Assembly: GCA_963767735.1 (NCBI GenBank) | Contig: CAVYES010000008.1 | Coordinates: 160,001 to 224,000, forward strand | DNA: 64,000 nucleotides | Direction of reading: 5' to 3' | DNA from: Candidatus Bathyarchaeota archaeon | Lineage (GTDB): Archaea > Thermoproteota > Bathyarchaeia > Bathyarchaeales > Bathycorpusculaceae | Shown: positions 1 to 10,022 of the stretch, one piece after another | Layout of the letters: the number at the start of each line of letters is the position of its first letter | How positions within the stretch are numbered: position 1 is the first letter of the stretch | The notes under the pieces: model-generated | Database searches by the model: none | The model's input: the letters and a program-made list of their open reading frames with translations, nothing else | What the model was told of the DNA's origin: nothing | Program-made: the position numbers and the translations under genes

Positions 1-2
1 CC

Positions 3-1613
3 ATGAACATGGAAGAACAAACAGGACAATTCCTAAAAGCACCAGCCATATGCCAAGCTCCTGACTGCGGAAGAGATGGACCATTCGAGTTTGTCCAAGA
101 AGAATCAACCTTTATAGATTCCCAAGATCTTCGGCTGCAGGAAAAGCCTGAAGATTTACCTCCAGGACAATTACCACGTACATTAGCCGTGAAACTTGTC
201 GGCGACGACATAGTTGATGTTGCAAGACCAGGAGACCACATTGCCATAGTCGGAATCGTCCGCGCTTTTGCGCCTTCACTGATGGGAATGGGAAAACTCC
301 GAACATTCATCCTTCAACTTGACGCTAACTCAGTAGAAGTGCTCGGAAAAGAGCCAGAAACATCACCGCCCACACCTGAAGAAGAAGAAAAAATGCATGC
401 ACTCGCAAAAGACCCATGGGTGCACAGGAAAATCATGAGTTCAATAGCTCCATCAATCTTCGGCTACGAGCACATCAAAGAAGCAATAATGTACTTGCTC
501 TTCGGCGGAGTCTCCAAAAGCCTGCCAGACATAAACATAAGAGGAGAAATGAACGCTCTTTTAATCGGAGATCCTGGCACCGCAAAATCACAACTTCTCC
601 AGTACGTAGCCAGAATAGCGCCAAGAGGACTATACACTTCAGGAAGAGGAACAACCGCCGCAGGCTTAACCGCTGCAGTAGTAAGAGAAAAAGGCGGAAG
701 CATGAGCCTGGAAGCAGGCGCACTCGTGCTAGCCGACAAAGGAATTGCATGCATCGACGAAATGGACAAAATGCGTCCAGAAGACCGAGTTGCCATTCAC
801 GAAGCGATGGAGCAGCATACGGTTTCAGTTGCAAAAGGCGGAATTGTCGCCACACTAAACGCCAGAACAGCAGTGCTAGCAGCGGCCAACCCGTCTTTAG
901 GCAGGTATGAACCAAACAGAACGGTTGCCGAAAACGTTCCGCTGCCAGTAACTATTCTTTCGCGTTTTGACTTAATTTTCGTGCTGCGAGATGTGCCCAA
1001 CAAGGAAGCAGATGGAAAAATGTCTCAGCACATCTTAGAAATTCATCGTAGAGGAGTAAGCCCTGTAGAAGCACCGGTAGATGCGGAATTGCTGCGGAAA
1101 TACGTTAGCTATGCTAAAGGGATTAAGCCTGTACTTGGTACTGAAGCATTAAAGCGGCTAAGCGACTTTTACTTAGCCATGCGCGCGGCAAGCGAAACTG
1201 AAGGTTCACCAGTGGCAATAACCGCACGCCAGTTGGAATCGCTTGTTCGTATCTCAGAAGCCAGGGCACGCGTTGCATTACGAAAGGAAGTGACAGGTGA
1301 AGATGCAGAGGCAGCTATAGTCATTATGAAGAGGTCTCTGGAAGAAGTGGGAATCGACTTGTCCTCATACAAAGTGGATATTGACTTGATAATGACTGGA
1401 AGATCCAAAAGCATCCGGGACAGATTGCATGTTATCCTTTCAGTGCTGATGGACATGGAGAAAGTAACAGGCATAGTTGAGAAAGACGCACTTGTCAACG
1501 AACTGGAAACAAAGCATAAGATACCCAGAGCCGAAGTTGAACGCATGATAAGCCAATTGCTGCGTGAAGGAACAATTTATGAACCCAGAGAAGGATGCCT
1601 AAAGAAAACCTAA
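3..1613 (+). CDS. mcm: MCM replicative helicase (5' part lies outside the window)
   Basis: Walker A GDPGTAKSQLL, Walker B IDEMDKM, Arg finger SRFD, ITARQLESL, C-terminal winged helix; no intein in the visible part. Confidence 0.97.
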   Translation: MNMEEQTGQFLKAPAICQAPDCGRDGPFEFVQEESTFIDSQDLRLQEKPEDLPPGQLPRTLAVKLVGDDIVDVARPGDHIAIVGIVRAFAPSLMGMGKLRTFILQLDANSVEVLGKEPETSPPTPEEEEKMHALAKDPWVHRKIMSSIAPSIFGYEHIKEAIMYLLFGGVSKSLPDINIRGEMNALLIGDPGTAKSQLLQYVARIAPRGLYTSGRGTTAAGLTAAVVREKGGSMSLEAGALVLADKGIACIDEMDKMRPEDRVAIHEAMEQHTVSVAKGGIVATLNARTAVLAAANPSLGRYEPNRTVAENVPLPVTILSRFDLIFVLRDVPNKEADGKMSQHILEIHRRGVSPVEAPVDAELLRKYVSYAKGIKPVLGTEALKRLSDFYLAMRAASETEGSPVAITARQLESLVRISEARARVALRKEVTGEDAEAAIVIMKRSLEEVGIDLSSYKVDIDLIMTGRSKSIRDRLHVILSVLMDMEKVTGIVEKDALVNELETKHKIPRAEVERMISQLLREGTIYEPREGCLKKT

Positions 1614-1631
1614 ACAAAAGCGAGACAAACG

Positions 1632-2721
1632 ATGAAGCCAGTAGTAGTTGTTGCTGGAACCAGACCTGAAATAATCAAGATGGCTCCAATAATCAGAGCC
1701 TTAAACAAAACCAAAATTCCATCAGTATTTGTCCATTGCGGCCAACACTACGACTACAATATGGCTCAGCAATTCATTGAAAACCTCGAGTTGCCAACAC
1801 CTGACTACTCCTTTAAAATTGAAGCTTCTTCGCCTGGAACGCAAACAGCAGAAATAATGATGAAGATGGATCAGTTGCTGGAGAAAATTGAGTCTTCAAT
1901 TGTTTTGGTTGAAGGTGACACGAACAGCGTTTTGGCAGCAGCTTTAGCAGCTAATAAACGAGTGATTCCTGTTGGGCATGTGGAAGCAGGTTTGAGAAGT
2001 TTTGACCTGCGCATGCCTGAAGAACATAACCGGCGTTTAACCGACCACATATCAGAATACTTGTTCACACCAACAGAAAGAGCAAAAGCAAATCTCTTGA
2101 AAGAAAATGTTTGGGGCAAAATTTACCTGACAGGGAACACAGCTATAGACGCGGTAATCCAGCATTTGCCTATTGCCGAAAAAAAATCATCCATAATGGA
2201 AAAAATTCCCTTTTGAAACGTTCGCTTTAGCAACGGCTCACAGGGCAGAAAATGTTGATAACGTTTCAGTTCTTGAGTCCTTTATGAATGTTTTCTCAAA
2301 ATCCCCAATTCCAATCGTTTATCCGATGCATCCACGCACAAAAAAGAGACTTCAAGAAAATAAGATGCTTGCTCAAATAGAAGCATTGAAGAACATGTTG
2401 ATTCTTCCGCCTTTGGGATACTTGGACTTTTTGATTTTAATGAAAAACTGCAAATTGATAATTACTGATTCAGGCGGTATTCAAGAGGAAGCCACTGCCC
2501 CGGGCATAAGGAAACCAGTGCTGGTGATGCGTTTATCGACTGAGAGGCAGGAAGCAGTGGAAGCAGGATTCGCCAAAGTAGTTGGAACAGACAGGAAAAA
2601 TATTTTGGCAGCTATGCAAGAAGCAGTTAAAAATGAAGTTGAGTTGCCCTATGCTTCACCTTTCGGCGACGGCACAGCAGCCCAGAAAATCGTTGAAATA
2701 TTGAAGAAAAGTTTTGCTTAA
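1632..2721 (+). CDS. wecB: UDP-N-acetylglucosamine 2-epimerase, split by a frameshift near 2210 (ORFs 1632-2216 and 2284-2721)
   Basis: GTRPEIIK, GQHYD, HVEAGLRS, PEEHNR in the first ORF; TDSGGIQEEA and ERQE in the second; frameshift at a CCC/TTTT run. Confidence 0.9.
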
Positions 2722-3491
2722 GAGATGTAAGTGGTTTTTTTATCTTCTTCTTTACGTGTTTGTTCAGCTTGCAAGGCTCGTTTTTCTTCAATTTGCTGCA
2801 GGCGAGTCACCATTGTTTCTGCACGGGCAATTTCCTCGTTTAATCCTGTCAGGTCTAAGTCGAAGTTGAAAGTCGATTTTAAAACTTCCAAAACGCTTTT
2901 TGCCGCAAGAGGATCAGGCAGATAACCGCGTGTTTCACCCAGCAGGCAGAGAGCATTTATTTTTTTGAATTTTGCTAAGCCAAGTATTAATCCTGCTGTT
3001 CCAACAATTGGGCTTCCTGAAGTGCTAAGCGTTGCGCCTGCTTGCAGTGCTTTGTCTAAGATATCCTGTGAAGTTGCAGCTATGAAGACTTTAGGTTTTT
3101 CTTTCGGCTCCATTCGGTAACCGCCGATTGTTGCGATTGTTTTAACTTTGTACTTTTCTGAGAAGTCAAGCATTCTGTCAGCGATTTCGTATTGCCCTTC
3201 GATTGTTTGCGATTGGCTATCGCCGGTAAATAGGATTAGATCGTTTGGTCCGTTTGGATTTTGGTAGTAGTAGAATGCGCCTCTTAAAAGGCGAACGTTG
3301 CCTTTTTTGTTGACGAGGACAAAATATGGGAAATGAGGAGAGTAGAGATAGGCAATTTTTTTGGCTTTTAACTGTTTGATCATGTAGCGAAGAGCGATTT
3401 TACCGACAAGCCCTAAACCTGGAAGACCTTCGATGAGAACAGGATTGTTCGGTTCAATTTGGATGAATTCTTTGATGTATGTTTCTTTCAT
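2718..3491 (-). CDS. PAC2-family proteasome assembly chaperone
   Basis: EGLPGLGLVGK, TIGGY, CLLGET, PDPLAA; usual position after nop10. Confidence 0.9.
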   Translation of the reverse strand: MKETYIKEFIQIEPNNPVLIEGLPGLGLVGKIALRYMIKQLKAKKIAYLYSPHFPYFVLVNKKGNVRLLRGAFYYYQNPNGPNDLILFTGDSQSQTIEGQYEIADRMLDFSEKYKVKTIATIGGYRMEPKEKPKVFIAATSQDILDKALQAGATLSTSGSPIVGTAGLILGLAKFKKINALCLLGETRGYLPDPLAAKSVLEVLKSTFNFDLDLTGLNEEIARAETMVTRLQQIEEKRALQAEQTRKEEDKKTTYIS

Positions 3492-3658
3492 TATTTTGTG
3501 CTGCTCCTTTTCATTGCCATTCGGTATTTTAGGTATTTATCATCAGGCGAGAATTTGGGAGGATGCGGAATTCTGACAGGCCCACCACAGTAAGGGCAAC
3601 TTGTTTTGTTTAGTGTATATTTTTCGCAGTTTACGCATTTGCGTAATTGCCAAACCAA
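3491..3658 (-). CDS. nop10: H/ACA RNP protein Nop10 (55 aa, not in the ORF track)
   Basis: Manual translation MVWQLRKCVNCEKYTLNKTSCPYCGGPVRIPHPPKFSPDDKYLKYRMAMKRSSTK; Zn knuckle and HPPKFSPDDKY motif. Confidence 0.95.
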   Translation of the reverse strand: MVWQLRKCVNCEKYTLNKTSCPYCGGPVRIPHPPKFSPDDKYLKYRMAMKRSSTK

Positions 3659-3763
3659 CTATTTTTCCCTTCTAAAAGCATAAGCGCCATGCGCCGTAAC
3701 GGTTTCAAAGGTGGCGATTAAAAGGTCGCCGCAGGTGGAACATTCGGGCTTACGCTCAGCCAT
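3659..3763 (-). pseudogene. Internally deleted aIF2-alpha remnant (34-aa mini ORF)
   Basis: MAERKPECSTCGDLLIATFETVTAHGAYAFRREK: resembles the S1-domain start of aIF2a (P-x-x-G-D-L-x-I-A-T...GAY) joined to a FRREK C-terminus; occupies the aIF2a slot between S27e and Nop10. Confidence 0.75.
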
Positions 3764-3778
3764 TCATTACTTCATCCC

Positions 3779-3975
3779 TTATTCAAGAACCGCTTGTACT
3801 TCGCCTTTAATTTTTGCTCTTCCGCCAGATGGTTCAGCTAATGTTTCTCCGCATACATTGCAGGTTATCTTGTTGACACGTTGCTGAAGACTAATTGTTC
3901 ATTGCCGCATTTTGGGCATTTAACTCTAAGGAAGACGCTTTTTGGCTTTGGGATAAGTTTGCTCCATTCAGACAT
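3779..3975 (-). CDS. rps27e: 30S ribosomal protein S27e (one base missing near 3868)
   Basis: [32 protein letters not shown] then, after a frame change, [32 protein letters not shown]; 197 nt instead of 198. Confidence 0.92.
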
Positions 3976-3993
3976 GACTTTTTTTCTCCATTA

Positions 3994-4278
3994 TTATTGT
4001 ATTTCTAGTTTTCTGAGGCGAATCCCGTCTTTATGCCTCATGTAATTGCAAACTTTGCATTTTAAACGCAGAGTTTGTTTTTTCGTTGTTTTCGCGAATT
4101 CTCTTTGAAGCGGATATTTTTGTCCACCATAACCATGCTTTTCTCTTTCGTGGTGACGTTCGCCATGAGCTAAGGCTCTGCGCTTTCCAGGCTTATAGAG
4201 AGTTACACTGTGAATTTGATGAATTTTACATTTCGGACAGTAGGTTTTAACTTCTTTAGGAACGTGCACCTTATTCAC
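3994..4278 (-). CDS. rpl44e: 50S ribosomal protein L44e (eL42)
   Basis: TYCPKCKIH, GYGGQKYP, AKTTKK, LKCKVC. Confidence 0.96.
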   Translation of the reverse strand: MNKVHVPKEVKTYCPKCKIHQIHSVTLYKPGKRRALAHGERHHEREKHGYGGQKYPLQREFAKTTKKQTLRLKCKVCNYMRHKDGIRLRKLEIQ

Positions 4279-4543
4279 GACCAGCTTTGCATAAGAGAAA
4301 CATACGCATTCTTATACTTTTTTACCTATCGCCCAAAAAGTGAGGGCCTTCAGCAAATAGAAGTAGCATTGAGCAGAATTCTACAGCAGTCTTATTTGAT
4401 CCTTAAGCCTATGCCCAAATTAACGGAATGTTTGTAATTTACTGCTATGCCATTTTGTCAAACTGTCAACTGGCAGAAAGGCGCATTCTTTTATAAACGG
4501 AAGCCAATTTTAACTCTATACATAGTCTGCAGGTAATGCGCTG

Positions 4544-5611
4544 ATGCAAATTCTTTCAAAACTTAAAGAGAACTCGGATATCATAATTAAGCTGTTGCCA
4601 TTGTTTGCTTTCGTCGTTCCGCTGGCTCTGCTATATGGGCTGAACCCAGCCGATCCGTATCTTAATCTTAGTCCTCAAAATTCTTTCCAGTTAATGTGGA
4701 AGGGCAGAACCTTCGAGCTGTTTTTTATTTGGTTAATAGCGTTGGAGTTTATTCTCAACTGGGAAATCTTCAAGTCAAAAATAATCAAACAAAACAAAGC
4801 AAAGCTCGCCGCCGTTGCAATATCCTTGTCACTTCCTACAATATTTGTAATTTCTGAGTATTATTTCGGGTTAAACGGCGCAATTGCCAACTTATCACTG
4901 CAAAACGGCGTTGCTTTTTACGATTCGATGCCTCTCGCAATTGAATACCTTGTTTTCGCGGTTCTTTTCTGCTTAACTATTTTTCTGTCTTTTGGGAAAA
5001 AGGGTTTAGCAGGTTTTGCTTTACCCGCTTTGTTTGTCGCTTTAGTCGGCGTTCTGTATACTATTGATAACGTGTTTCCTAACGGGGGGTTTACTCCATT
5101 CCAAATGTTTGTTCCAACAACCGCCACGCTTGCTGCTCGAGTCTTAAACTTCATGGGATGCACAACGTCGATGGTAATGCAAAATGGCATGCCTACCCTT
5201 CAAGCTACGGGACCTTTAGGAACAGCCAAATTCGCTATAGCTTGGCCTTGTGCAGGTATCGAAAGCTTTCTTATTTACACAGCTGTTGTTTTGGTGTTTT
5301 TGCAGCAGATACCAATCTCTTGGAAAGCTAAAACGGGATACTTTATCGTTGGCGCTACTGTCACATATTTCATAAATGTTATGCGGATAGTCACCATCTT
5401 CACTATCGGCATGCAGTATGGCGTAAACTCAAACCAAGTGCAAACGTTCCACTTCTACTACGGTCCACTATACGCGATAGCATGGATTGTTTCTTATCCA
5501 TTAATCATTCTTGTAAGCCAAGGTTTATGGCGAAAAATTAAAAGAGGAAAATCAAGCGCTAACCAAGGAACCCCTATGAAACCGCAACCACCACAGCCAA
5601 GCCCTGTTTAA
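4544..5611 (+). CDS. Archaeosortase/exosortase-family membrane protease
   Basis: Multi-pass membrane protein with catalytic Cys in AWPCAGIES, Arg in NVMRI, His in FHFYYG. Confidence 0.8.
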   Translation: MQILSKLKENSDIIIKLLPLFAFVVPLALLYGLNPADPYLNLSPQNSFQLMWKGRTFELFFIWLIALEFILNWEIFKSKIIKQNKAKLAAVAISLSLPTIFVISEYYFGLNGAIANLSLQNGVAFYDSMPLAIEYLVFAVLFCLTIFLSFGKKGLAGFALPALFVALVGVLYTIDNVFPNGGFTPFQMFVPTTATLAARVLNFMGCTTSMVMQNGMPTLQATGPLGTAKFAIAWPCAGIESFLIYTAVVLVFLQQIPISWKAKTGYFIVGATVTYFINVMRIVTIFTIGMQYGVNSNQVQTFHFYYGPLYAIAWIVSYPLIILVSQGLWRKIKRGKSSANQGTPMKPQPPQPSPV

Positions 5612-6125
5612 CCAGCATCTTTGCATTATCGACAGGCAAAGAAGCAACATCCTCAGCCTTAAATGGCCCGTAAGTTTTCATGTCTAAACCAATAATGGCT
5701 GGAGTGTTTTTTGCAAATCTTAAAGTCAATCGTTTATGACTAACCACTTCATCTTCAGCTTTAACAGTTTGCCCTTGCATTAGATCTTTAGCGAATTTTT
5801 GGTATGCGCAAGCAAAAGTGACAAAACTTTCACACATCTTGGCTTCTTCAACAGTTAACAACTCTGAGGGCAACTGTGGGTTTTGCGTTATTGTTTTTAC
5901 TAATTTTTTGTATCTTGCCCGAAGCAGCTCATCCAGCATCCGGGTTACGTTCTGCGCTTCACAATCCAGCAGGTCTAATTTAACTGATTTTTTGTCAAGC
6001 ATCTTGCTCTCTTCGCAGATAAGCCTCAGGTAATCTGCTATTCTAGAGTAGAAGTCAGGCGGTAAACCTCCAAGAGAAGCCTCTTCAATTTCTCTTCGCC
6101 ATGCCACGTAAAGTTCATTGTACAT
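5574..6125 (-). CDS. GINS complex subunit (GINS15-like)
   Basis: Helical A domain (LPPDFY..IADYL, R..K) plus C-terminal B domain GLDMKTYGPFKAEDVASLP; adjacent to priS. Confidence 0.88.
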   Translation of the reverse strand: MYNELYVAWRREIEEASLGGLPPDFYSRIADYLRLICEESKMLDKKSVKLDLLDCEAQNVTRMLDELLRARYKKLVKTITQNPQLPSELLTVEEAKMCESFVTFACAYQKFAKDLMQGQTVKAEDEVVSHKRLTLRFAKNTPAIIGLDMKTYGPFKAEDVASLPVDNAKMLVKQGLAVVVAVS

Positions 6126-7351
6126 TAGTTCGCCACCTTAGCCCTTCCCTTACAGATAAGCATAACTGCCGCCGCAACAGGCAACTCTTTAGTCTCATTC
6201 TTGTATGGACCCAACGTTTCCCCGCCCAACTTAAACTCCGGAGCATCAGAGACCATCACTTTTACCTCGCCCTTTTTAAAAGCTACCGCTTCAGTGAACG
6301 GATCAAAATCCTGCAGGTTTTCAGCCGGAAACTCGACTTTTTTTAAGCCTGTTTTGCCATGCAAAGTGCCGTTCATCCTGATTAAACGGTGAATATCAGT
6401 TGTGACAACCGTATCAATCTTTGACGATTGCAAATCTCTCACATGCTCAGCCAGTTTTAACCAGGTTTGAACGCTGACTCCGTTAATGCTGTCCCATCGA
6501 CCGTCATTTATACAACGTTTAATGATGGCTTCCTTGTTTTTAAAAAGTGCATTATTCTTTAAACCAACCTCTTTCAAATCTTCCGAGGTTGCGTTGACGA
6601 GAAAATTTTGCATTCCTAATTTTAGTCGCTTGTTCCAGCCAAAGTTGTGTAGATTAAATTTTTTAGTTGCGCGTTTTCCCCGTTTTTCTTTCACGTCTTT
6701 ATCTAGTACAGTTAAGCCTAATCCGGTAACGTAATCAACAATTTCCTTCCGCGCCATGGAGTCTAATGAACGCACCGATTCATTCTCTACATGCACGTGA
6801 TATCCTCGATGACCGGAAAAAAACACATGCAACTCATCTAAAGAAAAACCCAAATCATCACTTAACATGTCAATCAGCTTGGCGGCTTCTTGTCGAGCGG
6901 AATCTATGCAAAGCTCGCAGGCCCAGGTTTTTGTTTCAAATTTTGTTGCTTCGCAGGCTGGGCAGATCTCGGGAGTTATTCCTCTACCGCTGAAGCCGCA
7001 TTTGGTGCAGGTGAATTCATCGTGGATTTTGTTGCAGGATGTCGGAATGTGATCGGCGTCTATGTCGAAGACTAAGTCAGCGCCTATCCAACCTTTTTTG
7101 TCCATGTCAAAATCTGGGTTTTCATAGTAAGCGCAAGAATGATAAACATCTGATGGAACAGTCTGGTTCAGCACTGCCCTCAGGTTGCTAATTTTTTCAA
7201 ACCTCTTGTGCCTAACCATAAACCGTTCCTTGAAGAGCAGATAGCCAAATTCTCTTTGGCTGAGAAGAATCGGGGCAGGAATAATGGTTGTAGGGTCTCG
7301 GTAGTATTCGCAGAATTTTTGATAAACGAAGTCTCGAGAAGCCTCATCCAT
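6125..7351 (-). CDS. priS: DNA primase catalytic subunit
   Basis: REFG, ADLVFDIDAD, FSGHRGYH, IDTVVTTDIHRLIR, TLHGKTG. Confidence 0.96.
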   Translation of the reverse strand: MDEASRDFVYQKFCEYYRDPTTIIPAPILLSQREFGYLLFKERFMVRHKRFEKISNLRAVLNQTVPSDVYHSCAYYENPDFDMDKKGWIGADLVFDIDADHIPTSCNKIHDEFTCTKCGFSGRGITPEICPACEATKFETKTWACELCIDSARQEAAKLIDMLSDDLGFSLDELHVFFSGHRGYHVHVENESVRSLDSMARKEIVDYVTGLGLTVLDKDVKEKRGKRATKKFNLHNFGWNKRLKLGMQNFLVNATSEDLKEVGLKNNALFKNKEAIIKRCINDGRWDSINGVSVQTWLKLAEHVRDLQSSKIDTVVTTDIHRLIRMNGTLHGKTGLKKVEFPAENLQDFDPFTEAVAFKKGEVKVMVSDAPEFKLGGETLGPYKNETKELPVAAAVMLICKGRAKVAN

Positions 7352-7466
7352 GTTCCCTTGCCCCTTTGAAAGTGATTGTAATGATTACGCTTCCCAAATT
7401 TATCTATATACCGCCCGCCTAGCCAAATCGTATATTGTTTCGGTGAGTATCAAAACTTCAGGCAAT

Positions 7467-9155
7467 TTAAATACCGAGCAGTAAATTAAAGAAGGACGCA
7501 GCGAAAGCAAGCATGAAAATGATAAACATTAGCCAAAGCGCGGTGATCTCTAATTCTTTTTTCTGTTGAGGAATCAGAACGTATACAAAAATGAAGGGCA
7601 GGTACCAATTTTGGAAGTAAGGCAGCATAAAACTTGGCAAGAGAAGAAAAAGCGCTGAAAGGGAAAGCAAAGTGTTCTTGTTTAGCATATAAAATGCGTA
7701 AGCCAAAGTAACCGCCAGTATCAGCAAAACCAAGAAGGATTGAAGCCCCCAAGGAATTTGCGTGTTGGATGAAAAAGCGTTGATGCCGTTCATTATCAAC
7801 TGTGGTGCGTTTGCCAGAAAGTATGGAACGCTTAAATACGCAGTGAAGATGCTTGCAACCCCGAAGATAACGCCAGCGATTACAGCTTTATTTCTTAGTA
7901 AATTGCTTAACTTGTTTTTTTGGAAAAGTTTGATTAAACCCACAATAATTAGTGGGAAAAGGAAAATGCCTGCTTCATATTTAAAAAATATAGAAACGGC
8001 AATAAGCAAAAAGAAATAATCGTAACGCTCCGTCATAAACATGTATATTGCAAATAAAGAAAAAAGGAAAGCAACTGAATCAAACATTCCGTCTGCAGCG
8101 TAAACTACCAAACTAACATAAATAATGTAAACTCCCAAAAGTTTGAGGATCAAAGTCATGTCCTTTTGCAAATAACTTTTAAGGAAAAAATAAGCGCAAA
8201 CGGTCGCAAATACTAGAAATATAACTATCTCAGCTTTGTAAATTAAAGAGGGGTCAAAACCCTTTTGGAGAAGAACACCAAAGGGCAAGAACAAGAAAAT
8301 GCTGCCCAATGGGTACAGCTGCGGCATTTCTGGCCATGTTACAAACTTGTAGTGTGAATTATCAAGGTTTGCTAGCTTGCCTAAGGGTTGATTAAAAACT
8401 GAAAACCCATCTTTAAGAAACAAACTGGAAACATAGGAGTCTCGGGCATTATCAGTATACCAGTTTTCGAATGCCCCAAGCGGATTAGAATTTATTGCTA
8501 TTAGGAAAAGCCAAATCATCAGCGACAATAAAAGTAAAATTAAGAGGTATCGGCGGTTTTTCTTGCTAAGAGACGGTAAACTGAGCGTATTTGACTTGAA
8601 TTTGGTTGAGAAAGACACCATTTTTAACATTATGAGTATTGTTAGGGCTAAACTTAAGAGGAACACTATTTTTGAGGGCTCGTTAAGCCACGAATATGGA
8701 AGGGTACTTTGTGGTTCTTGTGCAGATACTTGAAAATGAACCGTGCCGACGTTAGGTGAATCGGAGACGAAAGAGGCTTCATAGTAGTTGGCTTGTGCAA
8801 CAAATGAGTAAGTGATGTTTGATTGTGTTAAAACAGAGTAATCCACGTTGCTAGTAATTATAAAAAAATAGGGTCTGGTGGGGAAAATAATGGAAAAGTT
8901 TTTTTCGAAAGCGGTTGGGCATTGTACTGAAAGTGAAACGTTTTCTCCGCCGCGAAAAGATCCTAAGCCTTCCATGTATGTTTCGTTTGGGCCTAATTGG
9001 AAAGTATCGTTAAGCAAAACAGTTGATTGGTTTCCACCTGATTCTTTTGGAAATAAGCTGACGGTTGCAAGGACTACGCTCATCACCAGGACTGTAATGG
9101 CTATAAGCAAAAGAACCTTAGTGCTGTGGGGTTTCATAAACGCGGCGTCCTTCAA
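7467..9155 (-). CDS. Polytopic membrane protein, possibly a GT-C fold glycosyltransferase
   Basis: Many TM helices, WYTD loop, YPLG, GMFDS, FFKY; directly downstream of a polyprenol-phosphate GT2. Confidence 0.5.
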   Translation of the reverse strand: MKDAAFMKPHSTKVLLLIAITVLVMSVVLATVSLFPKESGGNQSTVLLNDTFQLGPNETYMEGLGSFRGGENVSLSVQCPTAFEKNFSIIFPTRPYFFIITSNVDYSVLTQSNITYSFVAQANYYEASFVSDSPNVGTVHFQVSAQEPQSTLPYSWLNEPSKIVFLLSLALTILIMLKMVSFSTKFKSNTLSLPSLSKKNRRYLLILLLLSLMIWLFLIAINSNPLGAFENWYTDNARDSYVSSLFLKDGFSVFNQPLGKLANLDNSHYKFVTWPEMPQLYPLGSIFLFLPFGVLLQKGFDPSLIYKAEIVIFLVFATVCAYFFLKSYLQKDMTLILKLLGVYIIYVSLVVYAADGMFDSVAFLFSLFAIYMFMTERYDYFFLLIAVSIFFKYEAGIFLFPLIIVGLIKLFQKNKLSNLLRNKAVIAGVIFGVASIFTAYLSVPYFLANAPQLIMNGINAFSSNTQIPWGLQSFLVLLILAVTLAYAFYMLNKNTLLSLSALFLLLPSFMLPYFQNWYLPFIFVYVLIPQQKKELEITALWLMFIIFMLAFAASFFNLLLGI

Positions 9156-9218
9156 ATAAAGCAGCCAAAGAGGTATTTAATTCTGCTATCAACTAAAATA
9201 AGTGTTGGCTAACTAAGC

Positions 9219-9965
9219 TTACGAGCGGGAGATTGCTTTTAATGTATAGGTTATGTAGCTTTCGATTTCAGTCCAAGAGAGTTTAGATTTTCCTCTTTTT
9301 CGGTTAACAAATAAAATGGGAGTTTCTTTCACGTTAAAATTCCTCAAAGCGGCTTGCCTTATTGTTTCTATTTGAATCTCATACGTGTGACTGTGCAAGT
9401 TGCCAATTGTTGCTCTTAGAAACTTTGTGGAGTAGCAGCGAAAGCCGCTGGTGCAGTCATGCGGTTTTAGTCCAAGGGATACCTTGGCGATGAAGTTAGC
9501 AGTTTTACTAATTACTTTTCTGGTGAAAGGCCAACCTGTTATGTTGCCGCCCTTGATATATCTGCTACCGATTACTATTCCGTAATCAGACTTATACATG
9601 GCTGAAATGAGTTGTGGGATATCTTTGGGGTTGTGGGAGTAGTCAGCATCCATTGTAATGATATATTTTGGTGTTTGTTTTGAAGACAAAAAGAATTTGA
9701 ATCCGACGGTTATTGCTGTGCCTAATCCGCTTTTTTTAGGTCTAACGCATAATAGAACATTATTGTATTTGTTCTGTTTTTCTTGCACAATTTTTGCAGT
9801 TTCATCGGGACTTGAATCATCAATGACAAGTATTGAAGCATTTAATTTTAAATCTTCAATGTCTTCAATTAATTTAGAAATATTGTCCGCTTCTCGATAA
9901 GTAGGAAGAATTATCCCAATTTCGGAGCCGACCACGTTACTATTTCCAATTAATTGATAAGGCAT
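9219..9965 (-). CDS. Polyprenol-phosphate mannose synthase-like GT2 glycosyltransferase
   Basis: PTYRE, IDDSSPD, MDADYSH, GSRY, DCTSGFR. Confidence 0.9.
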   Translation of the reverse strand: MPYQLIGNSNVVGSEIGIILPTYREADNISKLIEDIEDLKLNASILVIDDSSPDETAKIVQEKQNKYNNVLLCVRPKKSGLGTAITVGFKFFLSSKQTPKYIITMDADYSHNPKDIPQLISAMYKSDYGIVIGSRYIKGGNITGWPFTRKVISKTANFIAKVSLGLKPHDCTSGFRCYSTKFLRATIGNLHSHTYEIQIETIRQAALRNFNVKETPILFVNRKRGKSKLSWTEIESYITYTLKAISRS

Positions 9966-10022
9966 AAGGACTCTACCCTATTTTACCTTAGTGACCTAAT
10001 AAATCTTAGCTAAAAACGAGTT

